Shown one piece after another: positions 15,310-27,101 of a DNA stretch of 64,000 nucleotides. The first letter of the stretch is position 1. Each line of letters begins with the position of its first letter. The stretch covers positions 3,436 to 67,435 of the forward strand of contig DATIFK010000002.1 of assembly GCA_035455265.1 (NCBI GenBank), in the 5' to 3' direction. The notes below the pieces were generated by a model that was given only the letters and a program-made list of their open reading frames with translations, was not told the DNA's origin and made no database searches. This DNA is from Anaerolineales bacterium (GTDB taxonomy: Bacteria; Chloroflexota; Anaerolineae; Anaerolineales; E44-bin32). A program made the translations under genes and the position numbers.

Positions 15310-17157
15310 GTGAAACCCCCCTGGGCTCGCCTGGCCGAGTGGTGGCCGTCGACGCGTGAGAAGATACGCGACGCGGCGATCAACGTCGTCCGCGCCTTTC
15401 AACTGGTGTGGCACTCGCACCCTCCGTCGGCCGCGCTGATGGCCGTCTGGACCTTGATCGGCGCGGCCTTGCCCGCCGGGCAGGCCTGGATCGGCAAGCT
15501 GATCGTCGACGCTGTGGTGGCCGCCATCCAGACTCACGTCGAGGCGATGGCCGGCCTGCGATCCGTGGCGCCCTTGCTGGCCGCCGAATTCGTTCTGCTC
15601 GTCGGGCAGGCGGGCATCAGCCAGGCGCGCAGCCTGACCGAGCACGTGCTCCATTCACGCCTCAACCTCAGCATCAACACACGCATCATCCGCAAGGCGC
15701 TTGAACTCGACCTGACGCACTTCGAGAACGCCGAGTACTACGACAAGCTTCAGAACGCCCGTCGCGAAGCCGACTGGCGCGGCCTGCAGATCGTCAACGG
15801 CGGCTTCTACCTGATTCAGAACGCCCTGACTCTGCTGTCCTTCGCCGCTCTGCTGATGCGTTTCAGCCCACTGCTGGCCGTGATCCTGTTCGTCGCCACG
15901 CTGCCGGCCTTCGTGGCGCAAAGCAGCTACGCCGATCTTACGTTTCGGGTCATCTCCTGGCGCGCTCCGGAAGCCCGCAAGCTCTCTTACCTCGAATACC
16001 TCCTGACCGACTACGACTCGGTCAAGGAAGTCAAGCTCTTCGGTCTGGGCGAACCGCTGCTGGGGCGCTACGCCGATCTGTTCTGGAAGTTCCTGCTCGA
16101 GGATCAGAGCATCGCCCAGCGCCGCAGCCTGGCCTCCTTCGGCTGGGGCCTGCTCGCCACGCTGACCTACTACGGCTCCTACGCGTGGATCGTGGTCCGG
16201 GCCGTCGGCGGGGCGATCACGCTGGGCGACATGACCCTCTACCTGGGGATCTTCCGCAGCAGCCAGCAGACCTTCGAGTCGATCTTCTTCGGGCTGAGCG
16301 AGCTCTACGAGAACGGCCTGTTCATGAGCAACCTGTTCGCCTTCCTGGAGCTGGCGCCGCAGCTCCCCGTCTCCGCTGATCCGGTTCGCCGCCTGCCGGC
16401 GAGGCGCACCGGTATCGAGTTCCAGGATGTGGCATTCCGCTACACCGGACACGACGACTACGCCGTGCGCGACATCAACCTGGTTGTCCATCCGGGTGAG
16501 AAGATCGCGCTGGTCGGGCCCAACGGCGCCGGCAAGACGACCCTCATCAAGCTGCTCACGCGCCTGTACGATCCGACGCGCGGCCGCATCCTGTTCGACG
16601 GGATCGATCTGCGCGACTACGATCCCGACTTGCTGCGCCGCCGCATCGGGGTGATCTTCCAGGACTACGTCCGCTATCACCTGACGGCGGCGGAGAACGT
16701 CGGCTTCGGCCAGATCGAAGCCCTGGGCGACCGGCCGCGCATCGAAACGGCGGCGGCCAAGAGCGGCGCCCACGACGTGATCACCGGCCTGCCCGAAGGC
16801 TACGAGACCACCCTCGGCCGATGGTTCTCCCGCGGCCGGGACCTCTCCGGCGGCGAGTGGCAGAAGATAGCCCTGGGCCGAGCCTTCATGCGCGAGTGCG
16901 ACATCCTGGTGCTGGACGAGCCGACCGCCGCACTCGACGCCGAGAACGAGCTGCTGGTCTTCCAGCGCTTCAAGCAGCTCACCGAGGACAAGATGGCTGT
17001 GCTCATCAGCCACCGCTTCTCCACGGTGCGCATGGCCGACCGTATCTACGTCCTCGACCAGGGGCGGATCATCGAGCAGGGCACCCACGACGACCTGCTG
17101 GCGCGCGGCGGCCGCTATGCGAGGTTGTTCACGCTCCAGGCGGAGTCGTATCGATAA
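15310..17157 (+). CDS. Fused TMD-NBD ABC exporter (MsbA/type I exporter-like)
   Basis: Six N-terminal TM helices. Walker A is GPNGAGKTT, the signature is LSGGEWQKIALGRAF, Walker B is ILVLDEPTAALD, and the H-loop is ISHR. Confidence 0.9.
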   Translation: MKPPWARLAEWWPSTREKIRDAAINVVRAFQLVWHSHPPSAALMAVWTLIGAALPAGQAWIGKLIVDAVVAAIQTHVEAMAGLRSVAPLLAAEFVLLVGQAGISQARSLTEHVLHSRLNLSINTRIIRKALELDLTHFENAEYYDKLQNARREADWRGLQIVNGGFYLIQNALTLLSFAALLMRFSPLLAVILFVATLPAFVAQSSYADLTFRVISWRAPEARKLSYLEYLLTDYDSVKEVKLFGLGEPLLGRYADLFWKFLLEDQSIAQRRSLASFGWGLLATLTYYGSYAWIVVRAVGGAITLGDMTLYLGIFRSSQQTFESIFFGLSELYENGLFMSNLFAFLELAPQLPVSADPVRRLPARRTGIEFQDVAFRYTGHDDYAVRDINLVVHPGEKIALVGPNGAGKTTLIKLLTRLYDPTRGRILFDGIDLRDYDPDLLRRRIGVIFQDYVRYHLTAAENVGFGQIEALGDRPRIETAAAKSGAHDVITGLPEGYETTLGRWFSRGRDLSGGEWQKIALGRAFMRECDILVLDEPTAALDAENELLVFQRFKQLTEDKMAVLISHRFSTVRMADRIYVLDQGRIIEQGTHDDLLARGGRYARLFTLQAESYR

Positions 17158-17182
17158 AGCCAGCGATCAGTGGTCGCTGGCT
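17158..17182 (+). terminator. Stem-loop immediately after the ABC exporter stop
   Basis: AGCCAGCGA TCAGTGG TCGCTGGCT forms a 9-bp stem. There is no U tract. Confidence 0.3.
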
Positions 17183-17222
17183 CGTGGTCAGCAGGCCGCG
17201 GGGGCGCCGTCCCCAGGAATCC

Positions 17223-17250
17223 GTAGGGGCACGCCGTGGCGTGCCCCTAC
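17223..17250. repeat. GTAGGGGC...GCCCCTAC palindromic element
   Basis: Perfect dyad GTAGGGGCACGCC GT GGCGTGCCCCTAC, in the convergent gap between the ABC exporter and bfr. Confidence 0.8.
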
Positions 17251-17316
17251 AAGCCTGATGCGATTCTGTTGAAACGGGCCTTGCCCCAGCGCCCGATTTC
17301 CCGTCTTCGGCGCCGG

Positions 17317-17787
17317 CTATTCCTCGACCTGGTTGGTGAGGTAGTTCTCCAGCCCCATCTGCTGGATCTGGTCCTGCTGGGCCTCGGCCCAGTCCCGGTG
17401 GCCCTCTTCCATGGTGAGGATCTTGGTCAGCAGCTCCACGGTGCCCTGGTCGTCCACCTCATGCCCCAGGCGGATCCCGGCGTTGTAGGCGGCAATGGCC
17501 CCGAGCTCGGACCCGCCGTCGTTGCCGATGATATCCGCCACCGACGAGCCGATCTGAATCGGGTTCAGCTTGGACGCGATCGGCGATCCTTCAAGGAAGA
17601 TGATCCGCTGGATCAGCCATTCGGCATGGTGCATCTCGTCGATCGCCTGCTTCTCGATGGCTTTGTGCAGGCGCTCGTAGCCCCAGTTGGCGCACATCTC
17701 GGAATGGACCATGTACTGGCTGATGGCGGTCAGTTCGTCGGCTAGCAGCTGGTTGAGCGTCGTCAGGATCTTGTCGTTGCCCTTCAT
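17317..17787 (-). CDS. bfr: Bacterioferritin
   Basis: 156 aa with LNQLLADELTAISQYMVHSEM, EMHHAEWLIQRI and EEGHRDW (ferroxidase-centre Glu/His pattern). Confidence 0.9.
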   Translation of the reverse strand: MKGNDKILTTLNQLLADELTAISQYMVHSEMCANWGYERLHKAIEKQAIDEMHHAEWLIQRIIFLEGSPIASKLNPIQIGSSVADIIGNDGGSELGAIAAYNAGIRLGHEVDDQGTVELLTKILTMEEGHRDWAEAQQDQIQQMGLENYLTNQVEE

Positions 17788-17854
17788 GGTCGGCTCCTGT
17801 GGTGTGGATGGGATGCGGGCTGTGATGTCTGGGGCCGGGAATGCAGGCTCCCCG

Positions 17855-21412
<3,558 letters not shown>

Positions 21413-21608
21413 GGTCTCTCCTGCCCTACCGGGATCCCGTTCACCCCAGTCTAGGAGCCCCCTTGCCGGCGCCCCAGTACAGAGCGCAGGGGAAACTGGA
21501 GGACAGTTGTCACGTTTCGGCCGCCAGCCTCGGTTTAGCTGGTGGCTGGAAGCTCCCGGCAAGACACCGGGACGATGTGGCGGCTGGTAGCTGCGGGGAT
21601 CGACTTGT

Positions 21609-22610
21609 CTAGAAGATACGGGGGAGCAACACGTTCAGAAGCAGGCCCAACACAAACATGGCCCCCGCCAGCTTGTTATGGTAGAAGGCGGCGGCGACGT
21701 ACCACAGGGGCCAGACGGGGTAGTTCTCCGGTGGTTTGTCCGGCCTCGGGTCGCGGTAGGTCTTCCACACCCGGCGCAACCTCGGCAGCGCCAGAGCGAC
21801 CAGCAGCACCCACGGCCCGAGCGTGCCGGTGAGCACCAGGATGACCACAATCACGTAGTAGGAGACCATGAGAGCCAGGTTCAAGGTCAACGACGCCTTC
21901 TCGCCGATCAAGACGGGGATGGTGTGAATCCCCTTGGCCTGGTCGGCCACGCGCTTGTCGATGTGCTTGCCCATCAGGACGGTCGTCACGATCAAGGCGT
22001 AGGGGACGCAGGCCAGCCAGACTCCGGCGGGCGGCCAGGCGTGCGCGCTGACGAAGTACGTGCCGCCGATCATCAGCGGTCCCCACACCAGAAAGACGCC
22101 GGGCTCCCCCAGCCCATGGTGCTTGAGGCGAATCGGGGGCGCGACGTAGAAGACACTGATGAACAGGCCCGCGGCAGCGAAAGCCAGCACCGGCCAGCCG
22201 GCCCGCAGCGCCAGGACGGCCATGATCGCGCCATCCACGACATTGATGGCCAGGATGGCCCGCCCCAGACCCGTCCGCGAGATCAACCCGCCGAGAATCG
22301 GGTGTGGCGCGTACTGCGCCCGGGCGTAGTCGTCCGTATCGACCCCGGCCTCCAGGTCGAAGAAATCGTTGATCATGTTGTTGGAGGCATGCGCCAGGAT
22401 CAGGCCGAACCACGCCAGCGCGAAACTGAGGAGGTCGATGCGCCCCACAGTCGCCAGGGCCAACAGGCCTCCGATCAGGCCCGAGATGCCCGTCATCGAG
22501 AACACGGCCGCGCGGGTGATGATCAACCACCGACTGACGGTGTCCATGTGCTTGTCGGGCGAGAGATTCGCCGTGTCGATGACTTCTTTCCAGTTGGCGA
22601 GGAGCGACAT
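21609..22610 (-). CDS. UbiA-family aromatic prenyltransferase (MenA-like)
   Basis: Polytopic membrane protein with the Asp-rich motif NNMINDFFDLEAGVDTDD. ATG 22610 is preceded by AGGAAGAG. Confidence 0.75.
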   Translation of the reverse strand: MSLLANWKEVIDTANLSPDKHMDTVSRWLIITRAAVFSMTGISGLIGGLLALATVGRIDLLSFALAWFGLILAHASNNMINDFFDLEAGVDTDDYARAQYAPHPILGGLISRTGLGRAILAINVVDGAIMAVLALRAGWPVLAFAAAGLFISVFYVAPPIRLKHHGLGEPGVFLVWGPLMIGGTYFVSAHAWPPAGVWLACVPYALIVTTVLMGKHIDKRVADQAKGIHTIPVLIGEKASLTLNLALMVSYYVIVVILVLTGTLGPWVLLVALALPRLRRVWKTYRDPRPDKPPENYPVWPLWYVAAAFYHNKLAGAMFVLGLLLNVLLPRIF

Positions 22611-22646
22611 CGGATCTCTTCCTGAGGGACGGTGGCTCAAGTGTAC

Positions 22647-22690
22647 CGCTGTCGGCTGTCGGCTGTCCTCCGCCCGCTGTCCGCTGCCCG
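22647..22690. repeat. One-armed heptad run (GCTGTCG type)
   Basis: GCTGTCG GCTGTCG GCTGTCC TCCGCCC GCTGTCC GCTGCCC, in the divergent UbiA/SDR intergenic region. Confidence 0.65.
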
Positions 22691-22710
22691 GGGGGATGGC
22701 GTCCGTGGAC

Positions 22711-22716
22711 TAGAAT
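22711..22716 (+). promoter_or_regulatory. Putative -10 hexamer TAGAAT, 6 nt upstream of ATG 22723 (leaderless geometry)
   Basis: The sequence reads TAGAAT GTCTGC ATG. Confidence 0.4.
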
Positions 22717-22722
22717 GTCTGC

Positions 22723-23730
22723 ATGCGAGTTCTCGTTACGGGCGCCACAGGTTTCCTCGGCTCGCACATCGCCCGCGAGCTGGCCGACGTGCACGACGTC
22801 CGCGTCCTGGTTCGCCCGCAATCCTCCCGTCGCCTGTTGACCGGGATGCGGGTCGAGGAAGCCGTCGGCGATATGCTCGAGCCGGGGACGCTCGTGGAGG
22901 CGTGCCGCGGCATGGACGCCGTGGTCCACGCCGCCGCCAACATGCGCGGCGCGGGCGGTGCCGAGGCGCGCGTGGGCAGCCACACCCTCGGCGCCAGCCA
23001 CCTGGCCGCGGCCGCCCAGCGGGCTGGGGTGCGGCGGTTCGTCTACGTCTCCTCGGTCGCCGCGCTCGGAATCCCCGACGATCCCCCCTCCCCAACCGAC
23101 GCCCACGCCAGCATCCTGGACGAACGGCACGAGTGGAACGCGCCGCCGGAGATGTGGCCGTACGGCTACGCCAAGTACCAATCCGAGCGCCAGGTCCTGG
23201 CGGCCGGCGATTCGATGATGGACGTCGTCATCGTCAATCCATCCGTGGTCCTCGGGCCGGGTGATCTCCACCGCGTGTCCAACGCCATTGTCTGGTGGAT
23301 GCTGCGGGGGCGGAGTCTGCCGGTGATCGACGGCGGCGTGGGCGTGGTCCACGTCCGGGATGTAGCCGAGGGCGCACGCGCGGCGCTCGAGCGCGGCCGG
23401 GCGGGCGAGCGCTACATCCTCAGCGGTGCGAATTTGCGTGTCGTCGAGCTGCTGAACATCGTGGCCGAGGCTGTCGGTCGTCCGCCTCCGCGCCTTCGCA
23501 TCCCCTTCCACCTGGCGCGGGCGTTGGCCGAGGCAAGCGGCGGCATCGGCCGCCTGCTGCGGCCGGCGGCGCGGCCGGTCCTTGTGGAGCTGGCCGGGCG
23601 CTACTTCTACTACGACAACCGCAAGGCCCGGCGCGAGTTGGGAGTCGCTCTGGCGCGGACGGCCCTCGACGGCGCGCGCCAGGCGGCGGCGTGGTACCGC
23701 GAAGAGCAGTGGTCCGTGGCGAGTGGCTAG
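22723..23730 (+). CDS. Extended-SDR NAD(P)-dependent reductase (epimerase/dehydratase family), paralog 2
   Basis: Motifs VTGATGFLGS, YGYAKYQSE and NPSVVLGPGD. The last 8 codons are encoded by the heptad repeat. Confidence 0.8.
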   Translation: MRVLVTGATGFLGSHIARELADVHDVRVLVRPQSSRRLLTGMRVEEAVGDMLEPGTLVEACRGMDAVVHAAANMRGAGGAEARVGSHTLGASHLAAAAQRAGVRRFVYVSSVAALGIPDDPPSPTDAHASILDERHEWNAPPEMWPYGYAKYQSERQVLAAGDSMMDVVIVNPSVVLGPGDLHRVSNAIVWWMLRGRSLPVIDGGVGVVHVRDVAEGARAALERGRAGERYILSGANLRVVELLNIVAEAVGRPPPRLRIPFHLARALAEASGGIGRLLRPAARPVLVELAGRYFYYDNRKARRELGVALARTALDGARQAAAWYREEQWSVASG

Positions 23731-23797
23731 TGGCCAGAAGGGGCCTGTGGACTGACCACTGACCACTGGCCACTGACCACTGGCCACTGACCGCTGC
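23707..23797. repeat. Heptanucleotide tandem-repeat hairpin (CCACTGR type) overlapping a CDS 3' end
   Basis: The left arm CAGTGGT CCGTGGC GAGTGGC TAGTGGC CAG contains the stop codon. The right arm is GGACTGA CCACTGA CCACTGG CCACTGA CCACTGG CCACTGA CCGCTGC. Confidence 0.85.
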
Positions 23798-23861
23798 CTC
23801 CGGCGCACGGCCGTGACGATGGCTCGGTCGATGGCGGGTTTGTGATACACTGCCGCAGGGG

Positions 23862-26800
23862 ATGGTTGCCAAGGGTCGTTCCTCTCCGTTGAGTTCCCCT
23901 CGCCGCGGCGAAAGCGATTCGATATGGGCGAATACCTTGCGCGCCTCTGCGGGCGTCGCCAGCCGCGCCGCCAGCGAGCAGGACGTGCTACGGGCTGTGA
24001 CCGAGGAACTGCGCCGTCTGAAGATGCGCGGTTCCGTCATGCTCTTCCGCCCCGACGGGAAGCTCGAGGTCCGCACTTCGGCCATCAGCCAGGCCCTCAC
24101 CTTCACCCTCCAGCGCCTCAGCGGGCTGAACATCATCGGGCACGCCTTCAACTCCGATGAGGTCGATCTGATCCGCGAGGCCCTCCAGAGCGGTCAGCCG
24201 TGTTTCGCGCCGTCGTCGTCGAATCTGGTGCGGCAAATCACCCCGCCGCCTTTCCGTACCCTGGTGCCTCGGCTCCTCAACATGCTGGGCGATCAGCCCG
24301 TGCTGGCGGCGCCGTTGCGCCTGGGCGACCAGGCCATCGGCGTCGTGACCCTCACCGCCCGCTGGCTAACCGTCGATGACGGTCCGATGCTGGCGGCGTT
24401 GGCGGATCACATCGCCATCGCCCTCGGCCACGTTCGAAGCAAGGTGGAGATCAGCCACGCGCTCGAACGCGAGCACCTGCTCAACCAGGTGGCCGAAACC
24501 GTCTCGAGCGCCCTGGAACTGCCGGAGGTCCTGCAGCGCGTGACGCGGCTGGCCGCCGAGATGACGGGCGCCGATTTCGCCGCCATCAGTCTGCTCGAAC
24601 CGTCCGGCGATGGCCTCAGCCAGCCGTACCTCTACGGACTGCCGGACGATCCCCACCTCAAGCCGACGCGCGGCCAGGGGGTTGTCTGGCGGGTGATCGA
24701 GCAGCGGCAGCCGATTCGCATCGACGACTACCCTTCCGACCCGGAGGCGATGGCCTCCTGGGTGCGCGCCGGGGCATCAGCCTTCCTCGGACTGCCGCTG
24801 CGCGACGGGGACCAGGTGATCGGCGCCATGGGATTGTTCACCGTCCGCAAAGGCAAACCCTTCAGCCCCGAGCGGGTCGCCATTGCCGAGGGCATCGGGC
24901 GCATGGCGTCCATCGCCGTCCGCAATGCTCGGCTGTACGCCGAGGCCAGCCGCCGCGCCGAAGAGGCCCAGGCGCTGATCCGGACGGCGCGTTCGATCAC
25001 CGCCTCGCTCGACCTGGTCACCGTGCTGAGCATGATCGCCGACCAGGCCCGCGAGTTGCTCCACGCCGACGGCAGCCGCATCCACTTGCTCGACCAGGAA
25101 CGCGGCGTGCTGCGGTGTCTGGTCGCCCTTGACACGCACGCCGAGGCCCTGCTGTCGCTCGAACTCCCGCTCGGCACGGGGCTGGTAGGCTGGGTCGTCA
25201 CCAACGGCATGCCCCTGATGAGCAACGATCCGACGGCCGACCCGCGCAGCCTGCAGGTGCCGGGGACGCCTCAAGACGAGCCGGAGTGCATTGTGATGGC
25301 GCCGCTCATCGTCCGGCAGCGGACGATGGGAGCGATGGTGGTCATCCGCGACGGTCGCGACCGTCCCTTCCATCCGTCGGATCTTGACCTGCTGACGGCG
25401 CTGGCGGCGCAGGCCGCCGTCGCCATCGAGAACGCTCACCTCTTCGGCCAGATTCAAGCTCAGGCCGCCCGCCTCGAATCAGAGGTGGCCCAGCGCACCC
25501 ACGACTTGGCCCTCTCCGAAGCCCGCTACCGTTCGTTGGTCGAGACCTCGATCGCGGCGATCGCCCAGCTCGACCAGCAGAGCGTGGTGACCTACGCCAA
25601 CCAGGCCTTCGCCGTGTTGATGGAGCGACCGGTCGAGCAGCTCGTCGGCCGGCGCATGGCGGACCTGCTGCCGAGCGAGTCCGCCGACCAGACGATGAAC
25701 CTGATCACGCAGCGCCTGCGCGGGCAGGCGCCTCCGGCCGAAGTCATCGAGGTCGACTTCGCCGGGCCATCCGGCCGGCGCCTTCCGGTCCTGATGGGCT
25801 TGAGGGTGATCTACGACGAGCAGAGGACCTCCCAGGGCGTGACCGTGTTGGTCCTGGACATCTCGGATCGGCGCGCCCTTGAGGAGGCGCTGCGCGCCGA
25901 GCGCGACCGGCTGGATGCCATCCTGTTCAACGTTGGAGACGCCGTCGTGGTCACCGACGCCGCCGGCGTGATCGAATACGTCAATCCGGCGTGGGAGCGG
26001 TTGAACGGCTACAGCTCCGAGGAAGCCGTCGGCCATCCGGCAAGCATCCTCAAGAGCGGCCTGCACGGCGCGGAGCTCTACGGTGAGCTGTGGTCGACGG
26101 TGACCAGCGGCCGCAGCTGGCACGGCGAGATGGTCAACCGGCGCAAGGACGGCAGCACCTACGACGTCGCCCTGACGGTCACGCCGCTGCTGGACCCAAG
26201 GGGCGCCGTCGTCCACATCGTTGCCGTGCTTTACGACATCAGTGCCCTCAAAGAGGTCGACCGTCTCAAGACGCAGTTTGTCTCCGACGTCTCCCATGAA
26301 CTGCGCACACCCCTCACCAACATCCGCCTCTACCTGGACCTGCTGCGGACGACCTCCGACCGAATGAAGGTCGAGCGCTACCTCGACACCCTCTCGCGCG
26401 AGAGCGACCGCCTGGCGCATCTGATCGACGATCTGCTGTCTCTGTCACGGCTCGATTCAGGTTCCACCGTCCCGAACATGCAACCGGTGGACATCAACCG
26501 GCTGCTGCGCTCGCTGGTCGACGACCGCCGCAACCTGGCCGCCAGCCGCGGCCTGGAGCTCCATCTGGCCGTCGATCCCGCCCTGCCCCTGGCGATGGGT
26601 GACGAGCGGCTGTTGACGCAAGTCTTCACCAACCTGCTGACCAACGCCATCAACTACACCCCCGACCATGGCAAGGTTATGCTGCGTACGTATCGGCTCG
26701 ATGAGGAGAACGCGCTCGGAGTGGCGACCGACGTGGAGGACACCGGCCCCGGCATTCCCGCCGAGGAACAGCCTCAGCTGTTCCGGCGATTCTTCCGCGG

Positions 26801-26981
26801 CCGCGCCGGGCGGACGACCGGCGCGGCGGGCACCGGGCTCGGGTTGGCGATCTGCAAGGAGATCGTCGACCGGCACGGCGGGCGCATCAGCATGGAGGCT
26901 GAGCGCAAGCCTGGAACGGGCGCCCGCTTCACCGTCTGGCTGCCCACCGGCGACGCCAACGGGGGATCTTCGGCCGGCTGA
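23862..26981 (+). CDS. Multi-sensor histidine kinase (GAF x3, PAS x2, HisKA, HATPase_c)
   Basis: H-box SHELRTPLTNIRLYLDLL and G-boxes DTGPGIP / GTGLGLAICKEIV. Two PAS-like segments are present (YRSLVETSIAAIAQLD... and RLDAILFNVGDAVVVTD...), with three GAF-like segments upstream. Confidence 0.85.
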   Translation: MVAKGRSSPLSSPRRGESDSIWANTLRASAGVASRAASEQDVLRAVTEELRRLKMRGSVMLFRPDGKLEVRTSAISQALTFTLQRLSGLNIIGHAFNSDEVDLIREALQSGQPCFAPSSSNLVRQITPPPFRTLVPRLLNMLGDQPVLAAPLRLGDQAIGVVTLTARWLTVDDGPMLAALADHIAIALGHVRSKVEISHALEREHLLNQVAETVSSALELPEVLQRVTRLAAEMTGADFAAISLLEPSGDGLSQPYLYGLPDDPHLKPTRGQGVVWRVIEQRQPIRIDDYPSDPEAMASWVRAGASAFLGLPLRDGDQVIGAMGLFTVRKGKPFSPERVAIAEGIGRMASIAVRNARLYAEASRRAEEAQALIRTARSITASLDLVTVLSMIADQARELLHADGSRIHLLDQERGVLRCLVALDTHAEALLSLELPLGTGLVGWVVTNGMPLMSNDPTADPRSLQVPGTPQDEPECIVMAPLIVRQRTMGAMVVIRDGRDRPFHPSDLDLLTALAAQAAVAIENAHLFGQIQAQAARLESEVAQRTHDLALSEARYRSLVETSIAAIAQLDQQSVVTYANQAFAVLMERPVEQLVGRRMADLLPSESADQTMNLITQRLRGQAPPAEVIEVDFAGPSGRRLPVLMGLRVIYDEQRTSQGVTVLVLDISDRRALEEALRAERDRLDAILFNVGDAVVVTDAAGVIEYVNPAWERLNGYSSEEAVGHPASILKSGLHGAELYGELWSTVTSGRSWHGEMVNRRKDGSTYDVALTVTPLLDPRGAVVHIVAVLYDISALKEVDRLKTQFVSDVSHELRTPLTNIRLYLDLLRTTSDRMKVERYLDTLSRESDRLAHLIDDLLSLSRLDSGSTVPNMQPVDINRLLRSLVDDRRNLAASRGLELHLAVDPALPLAMGDERLLTQVFTNLLTNAINYTPDHGKVMLRTYRLDEENALGVATDVEDTGPGIPAEEQPQLFRRFFRGRAGRTTGAAGTGLGLAICKEIVDRHGGRISMEAERKPGTGARFTVWLPTGDANGGSSAG

Positions 26982-27022
26982 ACGCTTCTTTCGACCGCCA
27001 TCAGATTCCCGTCACAAAACCT

Positions 27023-27087
27023 TAGGGGAGAAGCATCGCCTGAGAGTCCCACGGCTCGAGACCGATGTGGGCGATGCTTCGCCCCTA
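27023..27087. repeat. GTAGGGGC-family palindromic element (long-loop variant)
   Basis: TAGGGGAGAAGCATCGCC, then 29 nt, then GGCGATGCTTCGCCCCTA (18-bp stem with one mismatch). It lies in the convergent gap between the kinase and SDR paralog 3. Confidence 0.7.
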
Positions 27088-27101
27088 CACCTTCCGTCGC
27101 T

